Origin: Salpingoeca rosetta | Lineage: Eukaryota; Protista; Choanoflagellata | Reading direction: 5' to 3' | NCBI GenBank assembly: GCA_033442325.1 | Contig: JAWQFM010000008.1 | Span: 685,103-749,102 of the forward strand | Length of the DNA: 64,000 nucleotides | Shown: positions 43,529-61,467 of the stretch, piece after piece | Layout: each line of letters opens with the position of its first letter | Numbering within the stretch: position 1 is the first letter of the stretch | Position numbers and translations under genes: made by a program | The notes under the pieces: generated by a model | Database searches by the model: none | What the model saw: the letters and a program-made list of their open reading frames with translations, nothing else | What the model was told of the DNA's origin: nothing

Positions 43529-44721
43529 GCCTGTGTCTGTGTGTCTGTGTATCTGTGTGTCTGTGCCTGTCTGTCTGTGCATGTGTGTCTGTGCATGTGT
43601 GTCTGTGCATGTGTGTCTGCATGTCTGTGTGACGTGGACGATTTCCCCAAGTCGCACCTTTGTACATGCCTGCTTGCTCGCGTCGGTCAGGATCGCTTGT
43701 GCACGTGCAAGTCACGAATCCCTGCTGTCTGCTCTCATGTTCACGCTCAAGGCACATTGAGTGCTCTGCCATGGCAAGCAAGTACCTTGGGCAACACATC
43801 GACATTCACACGGGCGGGTGGGTGCGCTGAGAGTTTGTGTGTGACATGGAATAACTGGGACGATCAAGATGACAGTGGTGCTGCTGGTGTTGGTGCTGGT
43901 GCTACTGGCTCCATTGTGAGTGACACTGCATGCGATCCCCTCACGCACTTGTGTACATGTACGCAGAATCGATCTTCTGTATCCGCATCACACAAACGAG
44001 CTTGCGCAATGTGGTGAGTACTGCACTCTCGATTGCACCGCTGGCTACGCATGCCCAAGGAGTGTGGACACCCTGCCCTTGACTGCACGCAACGACAAGC
44101 ACGTGCTCTCAAAATCTCTCACACTCACCCTCACTCACGAACTCACACTCACACTCTCACGCACACACGCTGGCTCCCACACTCCGTCGACCAGAGAGCC
44201 ACTATGGCCACTGCGACTGGGTGCGGCACTTCTGGCACACAGGACACCTCACAACGCGCAGCGAGAAGATGTCAAAGTCGCTTGGAAACACAATCGCCAT
44301 CAAGGACTTTCTGCAGTCACACACACACAACGACCTGCGCATGCTCTGCCTGCAATCCCGCTATCGATCAGAGTAAGTCTACGTGCGCACACGCGCGTCT
44401 GTGTCTGTGTCTCTGTGTGCGCCTTGTGTCTGTGTCTGCGCCTTGTGTGTGTCTGTGTGTGTCTGTGTGTCTGCGTGCACGTGTGTCGGCTGCGACCCGC
44501 ATGTGCATGTTGTCATCTGACCCACGGTGCTTTGGTTGCGGCGGTGGGTTTCGGCCTTGTCCATTGTTCAGCATTGCGTTCAGCGACAGCGACGTGACGG
44601 CGGCATCTCGTCTTCTCCAGCGCCTCTCCTCTTTCGTCGCCAACATGGACGCCACCACGCCATTCGCCCCTCCGCAAACACAGGTGCTGCCATGACAACG
44701 TCGATGTAATTGTGTGTGTGC

Positions 44722-44773
<52 letters not shown>

Positions 44774-45873
44774 GCCTGTCTGTCTGTCTGTCTCCCTCCG
44801 CCTCTATCGGTGCTTTCATGTCTTTTTCTGTTTAACAAATCTTCATCATACATCACAAGCTCGTCCCCAGCTTATCCCCAACCACACACTCTCACGCACA
44901 TACAACTACTTACACTCTCGTGTTCATATGCAGAGTCTGCGGCCATCGCCGGCGTGTGTGGAGTTAATGGAAACCATGTGCACATCCGCTGCTGCCCTGG
45001 ACGCTGCTCTCTGTGACGACTTTAACACACCCCAGGCCCTCAAGGTCCGTAAGCACGTGTGTGTCTGTGTGTGTTTGTCTGTTTGTCTGTTTGTCTGTTT
45101 GTCTGTTTGTATCTACATGTATGTGAGTGTGTCCACAATAGCTCATGTCATGTCTCATGACCGTCACTGGCGTTACGACGACCACACTCCCCCCCCCTTG
45201 ATTCTTCAGATTGTGAATCAAGTGGTCACATCGACGAATCACGCCGCTGCAAACAGCGATGTTGCACTGGGCGTCCTCTCCCATGGTTCGTGACACTCTT
45301 CTGCGCACCATGTGTTGCATGCGCTTGAGTGCAACCAGCCCTGCTTGCCCTAGCACACAACCCAAGTTGCTTACGCCCCATTGGTACACGAAACGCCTGC
45401 ACTCCCGCTCCCCACCTTCTTCTCCACCTTCTCCTCCTCCTCCACCTTCTCCACCTTCAACAGCCGGGCGATGGGTGCGCGGTGTGCTGGAGATGTTTGG
45501 CTTGACACTGCCGTCGCCAAGTGGAAGCAGCAGCAGCAGCAGCACTACTACTACTGATGGCAGCCGCGCGGCTGGTGTTATCGACGCGTGCGTGGAGCTG
45601 CGTAGCACTGCGCGCGAGATTGCGCTATCGAGTGGCGATGCGGATGTGAAAGGAAGATTACTGGCAGCATGCGACGCCACCCGCGACCAGCTTGGTTCGT
45701 GACAAGAGTCAGTAATGCTGTCTGTGTTCTCGCTGCCAGGCCGCCATTTGAACCATGTTCCCCTTAACTGCAGCTCACACTGTCCCACTCCCTCCTCCAC
45801 TTCTGCAGGGTCGCATGGCGTGGAGGTTCGGGATGCGCGCACTGGCCCCTCATGGCGATGGAAGCCCGAGTGA
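42224..45873 (+). CDS. CARS2: Cysteinyl-tRNA synthetase, bacterial/mitochondrial (CARS2-like) type, multi-exon
   Basis: [17 protein letters not shown] (HIGH); TDIDDKII; DFALWK; GRPGWHIECSAM; [14 protein letters not shown]; KMSKSLGN; DDFNTP. No large cytosolic-type insertion is seen. Confidence 0.92.
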
Positions 45874-45874
45874 T

Positions 45875-45911
<37 letters not shown>

Positions 45912-46042
45912 TGTGTGTGCATAAACCAGTGAGCACGCAAAGTCAAGTCACATCACATCACATCAAGCGTATTTTTGGAAGAAGGACAGCAACTCCCACA
46001 CACAAAGCATCTCGCTGCTGCTGATCGCACCACCACGCAACG

Positions 46043-46175
46043 ATGGACAACCGAGACAACCGGATCGGAGTAGGGCTGGCTCTTTCGTCCAGTGCCTTCA
46101 TTGGGCTGAGCTTCATCGTGAAGAAGAAGGGCCTCATTCGTTCCAGAGCATCGGGCTCCTCAGCCGGTGCGAGTC

Positions 46176-46264
<89 letters not shown>

Positions 46265-46268
46265 TGTG

Positions 46269-46303
<35 letters not shown>

Positions 46304-46382
46304 GTGTCTGTGTGTCTGTGTGTGTCTGTGTGTGTCTCTGTGTGTGTCTCTGTGTCTGTGTCTGTGTGTGTGTGTATGTGTC

Positions 46383-46415
<33 letters not shown>

Positions 46416-47574
46416 GTGCCTGTCTGCCCATCTGCCTCTTTCTCTCCGAACCTGTGTCTGCTTTCCTGTCTGTGTATCTGCCTCCTTCTCTGCCTACCTA
46501 CCTGCCAGTGCTCCGATCGAGCTGCGAGGGGTGAACTGCTTCCTGCTCTCCCCAATCCTCGCCCTTTCCTCACTGCCTTGCCGGCTGACTGACAGGGGAT
46601 GGAGGTTTTGCGTATCTGCGAGAGTGGCTGTGGTGGGTTGGCCTCCTCACAAGTAAGTCCATGCGCCCGACCTCACAACATAGTGCCGTCGTGTCCTCAT
46701 CTTCAACTTGTTTGCCGCTCGCACCCCATGATCCCATGCTCTCCTCATTGTTTCTGATCCTTGTCTTGTCTTCGCGCAGTGGTGGCAGGTGAAGCGGCCA
46801 ACTTTATTGCCTACGCGTTTGCACCAGCCATCTTGGTCACCCCGCTCGGCGCCCTCAGCGTCATCATCAGGTGTGGTGATTGATTGCGCGCGTGTGTGTG
46901 TGTGTCTGTGTCTGTGTCTGTGTCTGTGCCTGTCTGTGTGTTTGTGCCACTGTCTCTGTCTCTCTGCCTGTCTATCTCTCTGCCTGTCTATCTCTCCATC
47001 TGTCTGTCTGTGCATCGCAGCGTATGTGCATAAACACTGATCCCGCTCTCCAAGTCATCTGCGCTCACACGACATCATGCGTCAACAGTGCCGTCTTGGC
47101 GTCGTGGCTCTTGAAGGAACGGCTGCTCCTCCTCGGAAAGGTGCCGCCTCTGCCCCCTGCATCACACCTGCCCCCCCCCCCCACTTCTTGCAACCCATGC
47201 AACGCCTCATCCCCAACCTCATCTGCACGCTTTACCACGCTGCTCCCTATTGTGACTGCCTCTGTGCGTGACTGCGCGCAGCTCGGCTGTGCAATGTGCA
47301 TCGTCGGGTCCACCGTCATTGTTCTCAATGCTCCTGAGGAGAAGGAGGTCTCGTCCGTTTCCGAGATTACAGACCAGATGTTTGACAACGCACGTGCGTA
47401 TTCGCCTGGCGTCTGCTCTGTGTGTATATGTCTGTCTGTCTGTCTGTCTGTCTGTGTCTGTGTGCCTGTGTGTCTGTGTGCCTGTGTGTCTGTGTGCCTG
47501 TGTGTCTGTCTGTGTGTGTCTGTGTGGATGTGTGCCTGTGTGTGTGCCTGTGTGTGTGTCTGTGTGGATGTGTG

Positions 47575-47613
<39 letters not shown>

Positions 47614-49022
47614 ATAGGTGTGTGTGCTGGTGCGCGTGCGTACTTGTTCCTGCGCATCCACATGTATGCGCTTTGCATGCGCACCAGACATGCCGTGCTC
47701 ACCTTGCTGCCAACAACTATCCACGTGTGCATACGCCCTGCAGCATTTCTTGGCTATGCCGTGTGTGTCATCCTGCTCAGCCTGTACCTCATCTTCATCG
47801 TCGCTCCCAAGCACGGCAAGCGCAACATCTTCGTCAACATCACCATCTGCTCGGTCGTCGGCTCTCTCTCCGTCATCGGCGTCAAGGTGCCGTTGATGTA
47901 TGTGTGTGTGTGTGTGTCTGCGTATGTGTGTGTGCACCTGTCTGTCTGCGTTTGTGGCTTTGTTTGTGACTGTGACTGCGTCTGTGTCTGTGCCTGCATC
48001 TGTGCCTGTGCCTGCGTATGTGTGTCTGCGTATGTGTGTCTGTCTGCGTTTGTGTCTGCGTTTGTGTCTGTGTCTGTGTATGTGTCTATGGCTGCATCTT
48101 CTGCACCTCCGCATCTGTACTATGTCTATCATTTCGTCGGAGTGCACCAACCATCGCCCAATGTCACAACGCTCGCCGTGCTGCACCATCTCTCACCATC
48201 GCAGGGCCTGGGCATTGCTCTCAAGCTGACGCTGCAAGGATCGAACCAGCTTGGCAACGCGTCCACGTGGGGATTTGTCGCCATGGTGGCCGTCTGCATC
48301 ATGACGCAGATGAACTACCTCAACAAGGTGCATTGCACGTGTGCATGGTGACGTGCGCCTACGTGCATACGAATAATGCATTTTTGGTGGGGTTTTTTCC
48401 AGCCTACAATGCGTGCATGTATCCGTTGCATGTGCTCCTACAACCCCATTCATCTTTCCCTTGTGTGCGTGTGCGTGTGTGTTGCTGTCAGGCACTGGAT
48501 ACGTTCAACACAGCACTTGTCACCCCGATCTATTATGTCCTCTTCACGACGTGCACCATCCTTGCATCCGCCCTCCTCTTCCGTGGATGGACACAGGTTG
48601 GTGTGTCTGTCTGTCTGTCTGTGTGTGTGTGTGTGTCTGTGTGTGTGTGTGTGTGTCTGTGTGTGTGTGTGTGTGTCTGTGTGTGTGTGTGCGCGCGCAC
48701 TCTTCTGAGTTGTTTGTCCTGTGTTGCTGCTCGCTGAGACACTCCCTTGCCCATCGCGCCTCCCGTTCGCACTGCCACAACATCCATGTTACTCACCCCA
48801 CACCAACAACCACCATGTCCCCCTTTTCACCGCAACAACAATACGTTGAACAGCAAGCGGCCGCTGACGACGACAACTGCCCGGCCGGCAGCTCTGCCCC
48901 TGCGCTCATCACGTGTCTCTGTGGATTCCTCACCATCTGCGGTGGCGTGTTCCTCCTCCACAAGAGCAGAGAGGACGCAGCAGAACTCACGCGCACACGG
49001 GACGACGACCTGGTTGAGGTGC

Positions 49023-49070
<48 letters not shown>

Positions 49071-49438
49071 TGTGTGTGTGGGTGTGTGTGTTTGCCTGTT
49101 CACCTTCCTCAATCACTATATTCACTTTCTTTCCCTTCTTCTTCTTCTTCTTCTTCTTCTTCTTCTTCTTCTTCTTCTTCTTCTTCTTCTTCTTCTTGTT
49201 CTTCTTCTTCTTCTTCTTCTTCTTCTTCTTCTTCATTGCACATTCCACTGCTGTTCTGTTCTGTTCTGTTCTGTTGGGTGGCCTGGTCCGTCGCTCGCAC
49301 TCCTTCTCACACCTCACGCGCCCCTTTGTTCCGACCCCTCTCTCCGCGCTGCCTTTTCTGCAGTTGATCAACCAGCGGGCTGTGTCGGACTCCATGCAGA
49401 CCCACGCGCCCTTTGAGCAAGACGAGCACGCCCTGTAG
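46043..49438 (+). CDS. NIPA-family magnesium transporter (NIPA2/spict-like), multi-exon
   Basis: [24 protein letters not shown]; [11 protein letters not shown]; [25 protein letters not shown]; [26 protein letters not shown]. Confidence 0.95.
49135..49234. repeat. (TTC)n microsatellite in an intron
   Basis: Visible tandem repeat. Confidence 0.95.
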
Positions 49439-49991
49439 CCGCTTGCACCACCACCTCCACCTTCGTCGCCGAATCATTCACACACACACATACACACGCA
49501 CGCACACGCACACGCATATGTCGTGGCATGTGCGCAGCCCTTTGCCTCTCTTTTCCATCTTTACTCCGCCAAACCCCCCTCCTCCTCTTCTTTTTCTCTG
49601 TTCAATCAGGCCAGGTATCGCTTCTTTGTCCGCTTTGATGATGCAGGCTGTGCTCTCGTTTGCTTTCAATTTCAATGCAACCACAACATGTGCCCCTGGT
49701 GTACACATTCACCGCACCTGCTTGTGTGTTCAGGCACAACAGCAGCCAATAGAAGGACAGTAACTGATCAAGGGAACAGAAGAGGAGGAGAAGAATGGGT
49801 TGTGTCTCGTACGGTGCACCCGCGGCACTTCATGGTCAACCACCACAATGTTCAACCACCATCCCACACACGCACAGCACACGGCACCCTCTTCCACATC
49901 GCCACCACCAACATCACAACCCACACCACCACCGCCAACAACAACGGCACAAGTACACGAGCAACAGCAACGGCCGTGCGCGCTGGCTGCA

Positions 49992-51226
49992 TCAGAGAAC
50001 CTTTGCCGGGTTGAGGACGACGAGTCCCAGATCGCGGGAGAGAGACGCCATGACGCGATGCAGCGCTTGCAACTTCAGGTGCTGCTCCTCGTTCAACGTC
50101 GCGTCGCCCACTGCATAACCGTGGTGGTGATGGTGGTGGTGGTGGTGGTGGTGGTGGTGGCGCGTTATTGGATTGAAGTCGATACACACGACAGCGCTCT
50201 CTAACACGGGAACGCACACAAGAGAACGCAAGCATACGCAAGAGAACACAAGCATACGCAAGAGAACACACCCATGCATATACGCAGGGTATGTGACTCA
50301 CGACAGCGGGTGCGTGTGGAGCCGTCGAATCCCTCAAAGAGCGTCTGGAACATCTTGGCCGAGAGCGGATACTGTGCGCATGCGGGTGGAGGGATGAAGC
50401 GAAGCGGGACGGGTGTGTCAGAAGGTCAGCACTGATAGAGAGTGATCTACACATTTTGCACACGTAGACATACACGCAACACAGTCCACGCGACACATGA
50501 CAAGACTCAACCGCAAACACGCACTCACAGCAACACGCACCAACACGCACCGTGTCTGCGACGACATTCTCTGCGACGGAAAGCATGTCCTGCACATGTT
50601 CGCTCATCTCGTGCTGTGGATTGGCCGTCAGCCACACCAACAGCTGTGGATAGAAGTTTGCAGAGATGCCGCTGAACCCGCTGATGGTGGTGGTGGTGGG
50701 GGGGGAGCAATCAGTGGCAGGTCTTGCAGATGAGCGACTGCAGCATGGCACAAGCACAAGCACTGCAATCCGCACATGCAGTCGCGTAAACAAGCGCACA
50801 CACGCACACACGCACACATTTGCGCGCGCGCCCATGGATGCTGCAGGCGGCATTTCCTTCCCTTGCTTCTCTCCAGGCACATCAGCACTCACTTTGCGCC
50901 AGCGCGAACAGAGGAGAGGAGAGTGGCCACATTTGCGTTGTAGAACTTGAAGGGAATGGTCTGTGGCAGCCGCTCAAGCGCAGCCAGCTTGGCCTTGATG
51001 GGCTGCGTTGGCGTTGCCAACCACGTGGTTGAGGGACCGTTGTCGATGTTGAGGTGAGGCGTAGACGTGAGGATATGTGCATTGTCGCGTATTGTGTGCA
51101 TTTGGGGCAAAGTGTCCATGTATACGTTATCAAACACCACAGATAAGCCGTCTGTGTGTGTGTGCGTGTGTGCGTGTGCGTGTGCGTGTGTGTGTGTCTG
51201 TATGTGTGTGTGTGTGTCTGTGTGTA

Positions 51227-51261
<35 letters not shown>

Positions 51262-52608
51262 TAGGCAAAGGACACATCAACACTTGCTCACAAACTTCCG
51301 CACACACGCGCACACACGCACACACGTACCTCGAGTTGGCAGCAGGTGTCCTTGTGAAAATAGAATCGACCCGTGGATGCAGCCCATGCAAGCTGATCCG
51401 CAGACAGCAGCCTGTGCCACCACAGTCACACACACACACACACAATGAAGTAGTTGTAGCGTGTTGAGTGAACACACACAAACGCACACACAAACGCACA
51501 CACACAAACGCACAAACGCACACACACACACACAAATGCACAAACATGCACACACGCACACACATGCATACACATACACGCGCACGCATACACATGGACA
51601 CGTACGCACAGCACACCTGTGGTATGGCTTTGGGCACTCATAAAGGCCAAGTGGAATGTCGCCTGTGAGCTCAAGCAGTCGCTGTGTCATGTTCACGGAA
51701 AGGCTGGCGTGAGTCTGGTGTTATCGTGCCACGCAGCATGTCCTACACCGTCGTACATGGAGGCTTGTGTTTTTGCTTTGGTGTCATGAGACAGGGTGAT
51801 AGGGCGCACCTCGACGTTGCGCTTCCACACGTCATCGCCCTCGTCTTCTTTGGCCATTTGGTTCACGACCACCTGCGAGCAACATGCGGGGCACGTGTAC
51901 GTCGTCAGTGTGAGGCGAGGGTACAGCAGACAAGTTGCAACCCCTCCCCTCCCCTCCCCTCCCGCGATAACCTCCTTCTCAGGCAACAAGACATGGATGG
52001 CAGGTCGACCGGGTGCAGGTTGGTGTGACTGACCACGACAGCGTCGCACACCGCGCCCATTTGCTTGACAACACTCGCGTGCTCCTCGATAGACGCGCAA
52101 CCCAAGCCGCCAGACGCCACAACGGTGACACGCCCGGCAGCCTTGTCTGTCACTGCGCGCGTGATTTGGACCCTCTCCTCTGGGGACAGCTGGTGACGAT
52201 GCGCATGATCACAAAGAAACATGCAAACGCAGAGGAGTCGTGCATCGCATCAAGGTAGCATCAGTATAACAGTTGGGGTGGTTGCCAGCAGGATGAATTC
52301 CAGCATCACAAGCAAGCAGCAGGCTGGGATCCGCCAAAGGTACACGCAAGCGGGAATGAGTGGGGGGAGGGCGGATTGCCATGGTGACGCACATCGTACA
52401 TCTCCGAACTCAGGCAGTTGGCGAACAGCCCAGTGCACCCGGCTTGGATGTACCACTCGGTGATGGCTGCGGTTGGATGGGCGGGCGCACGTGAGAACGT
52501 GAGAAAGATGCGAGAGGTGCGAGAGGCGTGCAGCGAGGCACGAGAGGCGTGCAGCGAGGCACGAGAGGCGTGCAGCAAGGCGCGAGGGGTGTGCAACGAA
52601 CGAGATCG

Positions 52609-52677
<69 letters not shown>

Positions 52678-52777
52678 NNNNNNNNNNNNNNNNNNNNNNN
52701 NNNNNNNNNNNNNNNNNNNNNNNNNNNNNNNNNNNNNNNNNNNNNNNNNNNNNNNNNNNNNNNNNNNNNNNNNNNNN

Positions 52778-52831
<54 letters not shown>

Positions 52832-53001
52832 GCACACGCACGCACACGCACGCACACGCACACACACGCACACACACGCACACACACGCACACGCACGCA
52901 CACGCACACACACCGTTCAGTCGCTGGAAGTCGATCTCGCCCTCACTGGTCATGGGGGTGATCATGGTGGGGAAGCACCCATTTGGCAGCCGAAACGACA
53001 T
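49992..53001 (-). CDS. DapA/N-acetylneuraminate-lyase superfamily class I aldolase, uncharacterised bacterial-like subfamily, multi-exon
   Basis: [10 protein letters not shown]...ID; [19 protein letters not shown]; [12 protein letters not shown]; FHKDTCC (putative Schiff-base Lys); YNANVATLL; [11 protein letters not shown]. Confidence 0.85.
52678..52777. other. Assembly gap inside a (CA)n tract
   Basis: 100 N. Confidence 1.
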
Positions 53002-53464
53002 GGTGCTTGCTGTGTTGTTGTGCAGTGTTTTGTGCCGGGAGATTTGAATAATTGCGCGACGCTTTCTTCGTGTATTGTTTGTATTGTTTGGCTGAACACA
53101 CGCGCCAACACGTGCAGAGAAGGCCGTGACACGACCGCATGGATATGCATGCAGCTACTCAAGGACGAACAAGGCAGACAGGCACAGAACACACACAACA
53201 ACAAAGAGTGTACAGAACTAAAGGAGCTTCAGCAAGCAAGACCAAAGGAACTGGAGCTGGGAAGATAAAGAAAGCAAATAAGTAAAGCAACCAGTGGCAG
53301 GCGCAAGAAGGCAATGGGACACTGCACTGCAGCACTGCACACACTGACACGTTGGAGGACATGGGCCCTCACGGCGGTGGAGATAAGCGACAGGGCTTGG
53401 CTCGGGGACTTGAGGGGGGACTTGAGGGGGGTGGGCGGAGGCTTGAAGCAACTTGGATAAGGTC

Positions 53465-54118
53465 CTACGGGTACGCGGCTGTGGAGGAGGACGCGGCTGT
53501 GGAGGAGGACGGAGCGCTCACACTCGCTGCGCGGCGCGCGTCTGGACCGAGCTTGGCACGCTTCCTTGGAGGGCCTGACTCGAGGGAGCTTTCCTCTTCC
53601 AGATGGTCTTTTTTGCGGTCTTGGCACAGGATATAGCGATCGACAGCGTTCATCTGCTTCTCCACCCTTCGCTCGACAGCTGCTGTCATGCGCATATCCT
53701 CCTCAAGCTGACTCTTCCAGTCAAAGTCCCAGCCCACCATGGCTGGGGATGTGGTGTCTGGGATGCCGCCCCAGTTGCCCCACGTACCTGCAGGGATCAA
53801 GCTGCTGAGGGTGGGGGCGGCGCGGAGGTGCGCGAACTTTGTCACCTTGAAGATTTTATCCATGAGCAGGCTGTCCTTGGCGGTAAAGTAGGCGTGCTGT
53901 CTCAGCGCGGGATCGAAGGGAGGTGGGGTGTAAGGCTCGAAGAGGTAGCTGCTCATGCCTGGCTCCATGTTTGGGTTCCTTGTGGTTCTTCTGAGCTCTG
54001 CTGTCTTCTTGTGCGTGCTGGAAAATGCCATGAAGGGAGGAGAGCCTGCGGGCAGTGCGAGGAAGGTGCAGAAGAATGTGAGGCAGAGCACAACCCGGCG
54101 CGCAACAGCCCGCAGCAT
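53465..54118 (-). CDS. Intronless hypothetical protein (217 aa; alternative start at 54031)
   Basis: Open, complex, microsatellite-free ORF filling the space between two genes. It has a basic PPRKRAK motif and no domain I recognise. Confidence 0.55.
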   Translation of the reverse strand: MLRAVARRVVLCLTFFCTFLALPAGSPPFMAFSSTHKKTAELRRTTRNPNMEPGMSSYLFEPYTPPPFDPALRQHAYFTAKDSLLMDKIFKVTKFAHLRAAPTLSSLIPAGTWGNWGGIPDTTSPAMVGWDFDWKSQLEEDMRMTAAVERRVEKQMNAVDRYILCQDRKKDHLEEESSLESGPPRKRAKLGPDARRAASVSAPSSSTAASSSTAAYP

Positions 54119-54424
54119 TCTCGCGCCAAATTGTTCATTGCTCTCTGCTATTCTTCCATAATCATCCGCGCGTGGATGTCACGCACGCGAAATGCCATCG
54201 AACACGTGCAGATCTAGCCCGCCGCGTGTTGCCACGAGTAGTCCTCACCTGCCACGCGCAACCCCCCCCCCCCATTGTGTGTTTCTGGTATTGTGTAATT
54301 GTGGTATTGTGTTATTGTGGTATTGTGTGATTGTGATTGTGTTGTTGTGGATGATCGGCCACAGCAAAAAAGGCGCCAGTGGAAACCAGAACGAAAAAGG
54401 CTAAACATGGAAGGAGTGTGGGCG

Positions 54425-54500
<76 letters not shown>

Positions 54501-54516
54501 GTATGCAGCCTGGAGC

Positions 54517-59177
<4,661 letters not shown>

Positions 59178-59385
59178 CGCTTCTTCTCGTCCCTCTCGTC
59201 AGCGCTTCACTTTTGTCTGTGGCCTGTCGTCAGTGGTGATGATGACTCATCAATGGCAAGGAGTGCAGTGCACGCATGATGATGCATTTAACCACACCGT
59301 TGCCGCTGCTTCTCCCTGCAAAGCACCATCAAGCGCATTGGACCCTTCCTCTCTGCCCACGCCCACCTCATCGAACCCTCTGAGC

Positions 59386-60039
59386 ATGACAAGCCGCTCT
59401 GATGTCGAGCTCGGTGCCCACACCGATTCGTCGCTGTTGCCTGGACCGCGGAAGACGCAGGAGACGCAGGCCAAGCGCGGCGGGCTCATTGTGCGCCGGC
59501 CCCAGTCCACGCCAGAGCGCCTCATCTTCCCGTTCTTCAAGACGCGCTGGTGCTCGACCCGCAACGCCTTGGCCGACAACATGCTGCAGGTTCCAGAGGA
59601 GCTTGCCCGGCACGGCGTCACACAGGATGACTGGCAGCTGTGGATGGACAAGCTGGAAACAAACGTGCAGCCAAAGAGCACCAGCATGTGCAGCTGCATC
59701 TTCGGCATCGCCTTCCTCCTCCCCATCCCGATCCTCGTCGTGCGTCAGCGCCGCTACCAGCGCGCCGTGAAGCAGTGGCTGGACGGCTTCAACAAGGAGG
59801 TGTTCCAGCCGCTTGGCCTCTACGCCACCACCCAGACCGGCGTTGTCCAGATCAACCGCTCGCGGGAGGAGATCAGCTGGCTCGCCGTCGCAACCACGCA
59901 CGACGAAGCAGACAACCTCATGCAGGAGCCGCACATGTGGTACTACAACATGGTCACTGGTCGGCTGGACGACATCTCCGACAGCTGCTGCTCCTGCTGC
60001 GTGCCCAAGTCATTCTGCGGCACGGAGGTCGTCGTGTGA
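59386..60039 (+). CDS. Intronless Erf4/Golgin A7/CHIC-like cysteine-rich hydrophobic protein
   Basis: Strong GC3 codon bias. The pattern VPEEL...VTQDDW...M.KL, then a Cys/hydrophobic segment (MCSCIFGIAFLLPIPILVV), then WLDGFNKEVFQPLGL, resembles the Erf4 domain. There is a C-terminal Cys cluster. Confidence 0.6.
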   Translation: MTSRSDVELGAHTDSSLLPGPRKTQETQAKRGGLIVRRPQSTPERLIFPFFKTRWCSTRNALADNMLQVPEELARHGVTQDDWQLWMDKLETNVQPKSTSMCSCIFGIAFLLPIPILVVRQRRYQRAVKQWLDGFNKEVFQPLGLYATTQTGVVQINRSREEISWLAVATTHDEADNLMQEPHMWYYNMVTGRLDDISDSCCSCCVPKSFCGTEVVV

Positions 60040-60381
60040 ACCAGCAGTGGGTTCACTCCTGGCATCGTGGTGGTCCCATTCATACCCACGCGTCGTTTTT
60101 TGAGCCGACCCAGATATGTGTTTGGTTGCACGCTGCTGTTGATGTGTGGTTTGATTCTAGTGGATGTCCATAATCCTGTTCTTTCGTGCGCATGCCTCTG
60201 TGTGTGTGTGTGTGTGTATGTGTGTGTGTGTGCAGCTTTCTTTATTCTGTTTCTTTATTCAAGCTCTAGCTGTATGCGATTACTGCTTCGTGTTGATGCT
60301 GTACTGTATGTGTGGCCGTCAATGCCGCTAATAGACAACACCCGACACCACATGATCGAAAACTCGAACGCTGCGTTCATA

Positions 60382-60455
<74 letters not shown>
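60382..60455. repeat. (AG)n microsatellite
   Basis: Visible tandem repeat. Confidence 0.95.
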
Positions 60456-60459
<4 letters not shown>

Positions 60460-60573
60460 ATAAGGGGCTTAACTCCAACGCTGCTGTAGCAACCTAGGCG
60501 CAGATATCGCTATACTTCTCTGACGAGAAATCACACCCCGGTGTAATCCCAGTTGGTCATTCGAGAGAGAGAG

Positions 60574-60622
<49 letters not shown>

Positions 60623-60681
60623 ATTGAAAGGAAGTTTGGTGCTCTGTCCTTGCGCATGCTTTCAACGGGGAGCGTTGCGTT

Positions 60682-61264
60682 TTATTGTCTCCATCTGTGA
60701 CCACACTTGATGCACGTGGCAATCACCGTCATGGGCTCATCCGCAGCCCGAAGTTGCACCTGCAACACGAACCAAGCGTGTGCATGTGTGTGTGTGTGTG
60801 CATGTGTGTGTGTGCATGTGTGTGAGCAAGTGTATATGTGTGTGTGTGAGCAAGTGCATGTGTATATGTGTTTCGGCCTTCCTCCGAGACGCACCTCATA
60901 GTACTCGACATCGTTCTTGCCGCACTTGCCGCACTTGAGCTGGTTCGTCCGGTTGCCCTGTACAACACGCACGCGCACACGTTTGCATGTGTGTGTGTGT
61001 GTGTGTTAGCTGGTAGTACTGGTAGAAAACGAAAAAGAAGTGGTTCACACATGTCGAGCACGGTCCAAAACGCAGCAGTTGCCATGCACACACACCATCT
61101 TCTGTCCCGGGTTCTTGTCCCTGAGTGCTTGTTCCAGGTGCTGCTCTGTTTCTCTACGGTCCTCTTCAGACACCAATTTCTGGTCACACACATGCACACA
61201 CAAGTACACACAACGACAGGAATATCTGGGCGTGAATCATTGTGCGCAGCAGTGACTGCTTCCC

Positions 61265-61340
<76 letters not shown>

Positions 61341-61367
61341 GCAACAACAACAACAACAACAACAACT

Positions 61368-61407
<40 letters not shown>

Positions 61408-61430
61408 CTTAAACAACAACAACAACTTGT

Positions 61431-61467
<37 letters not shown>

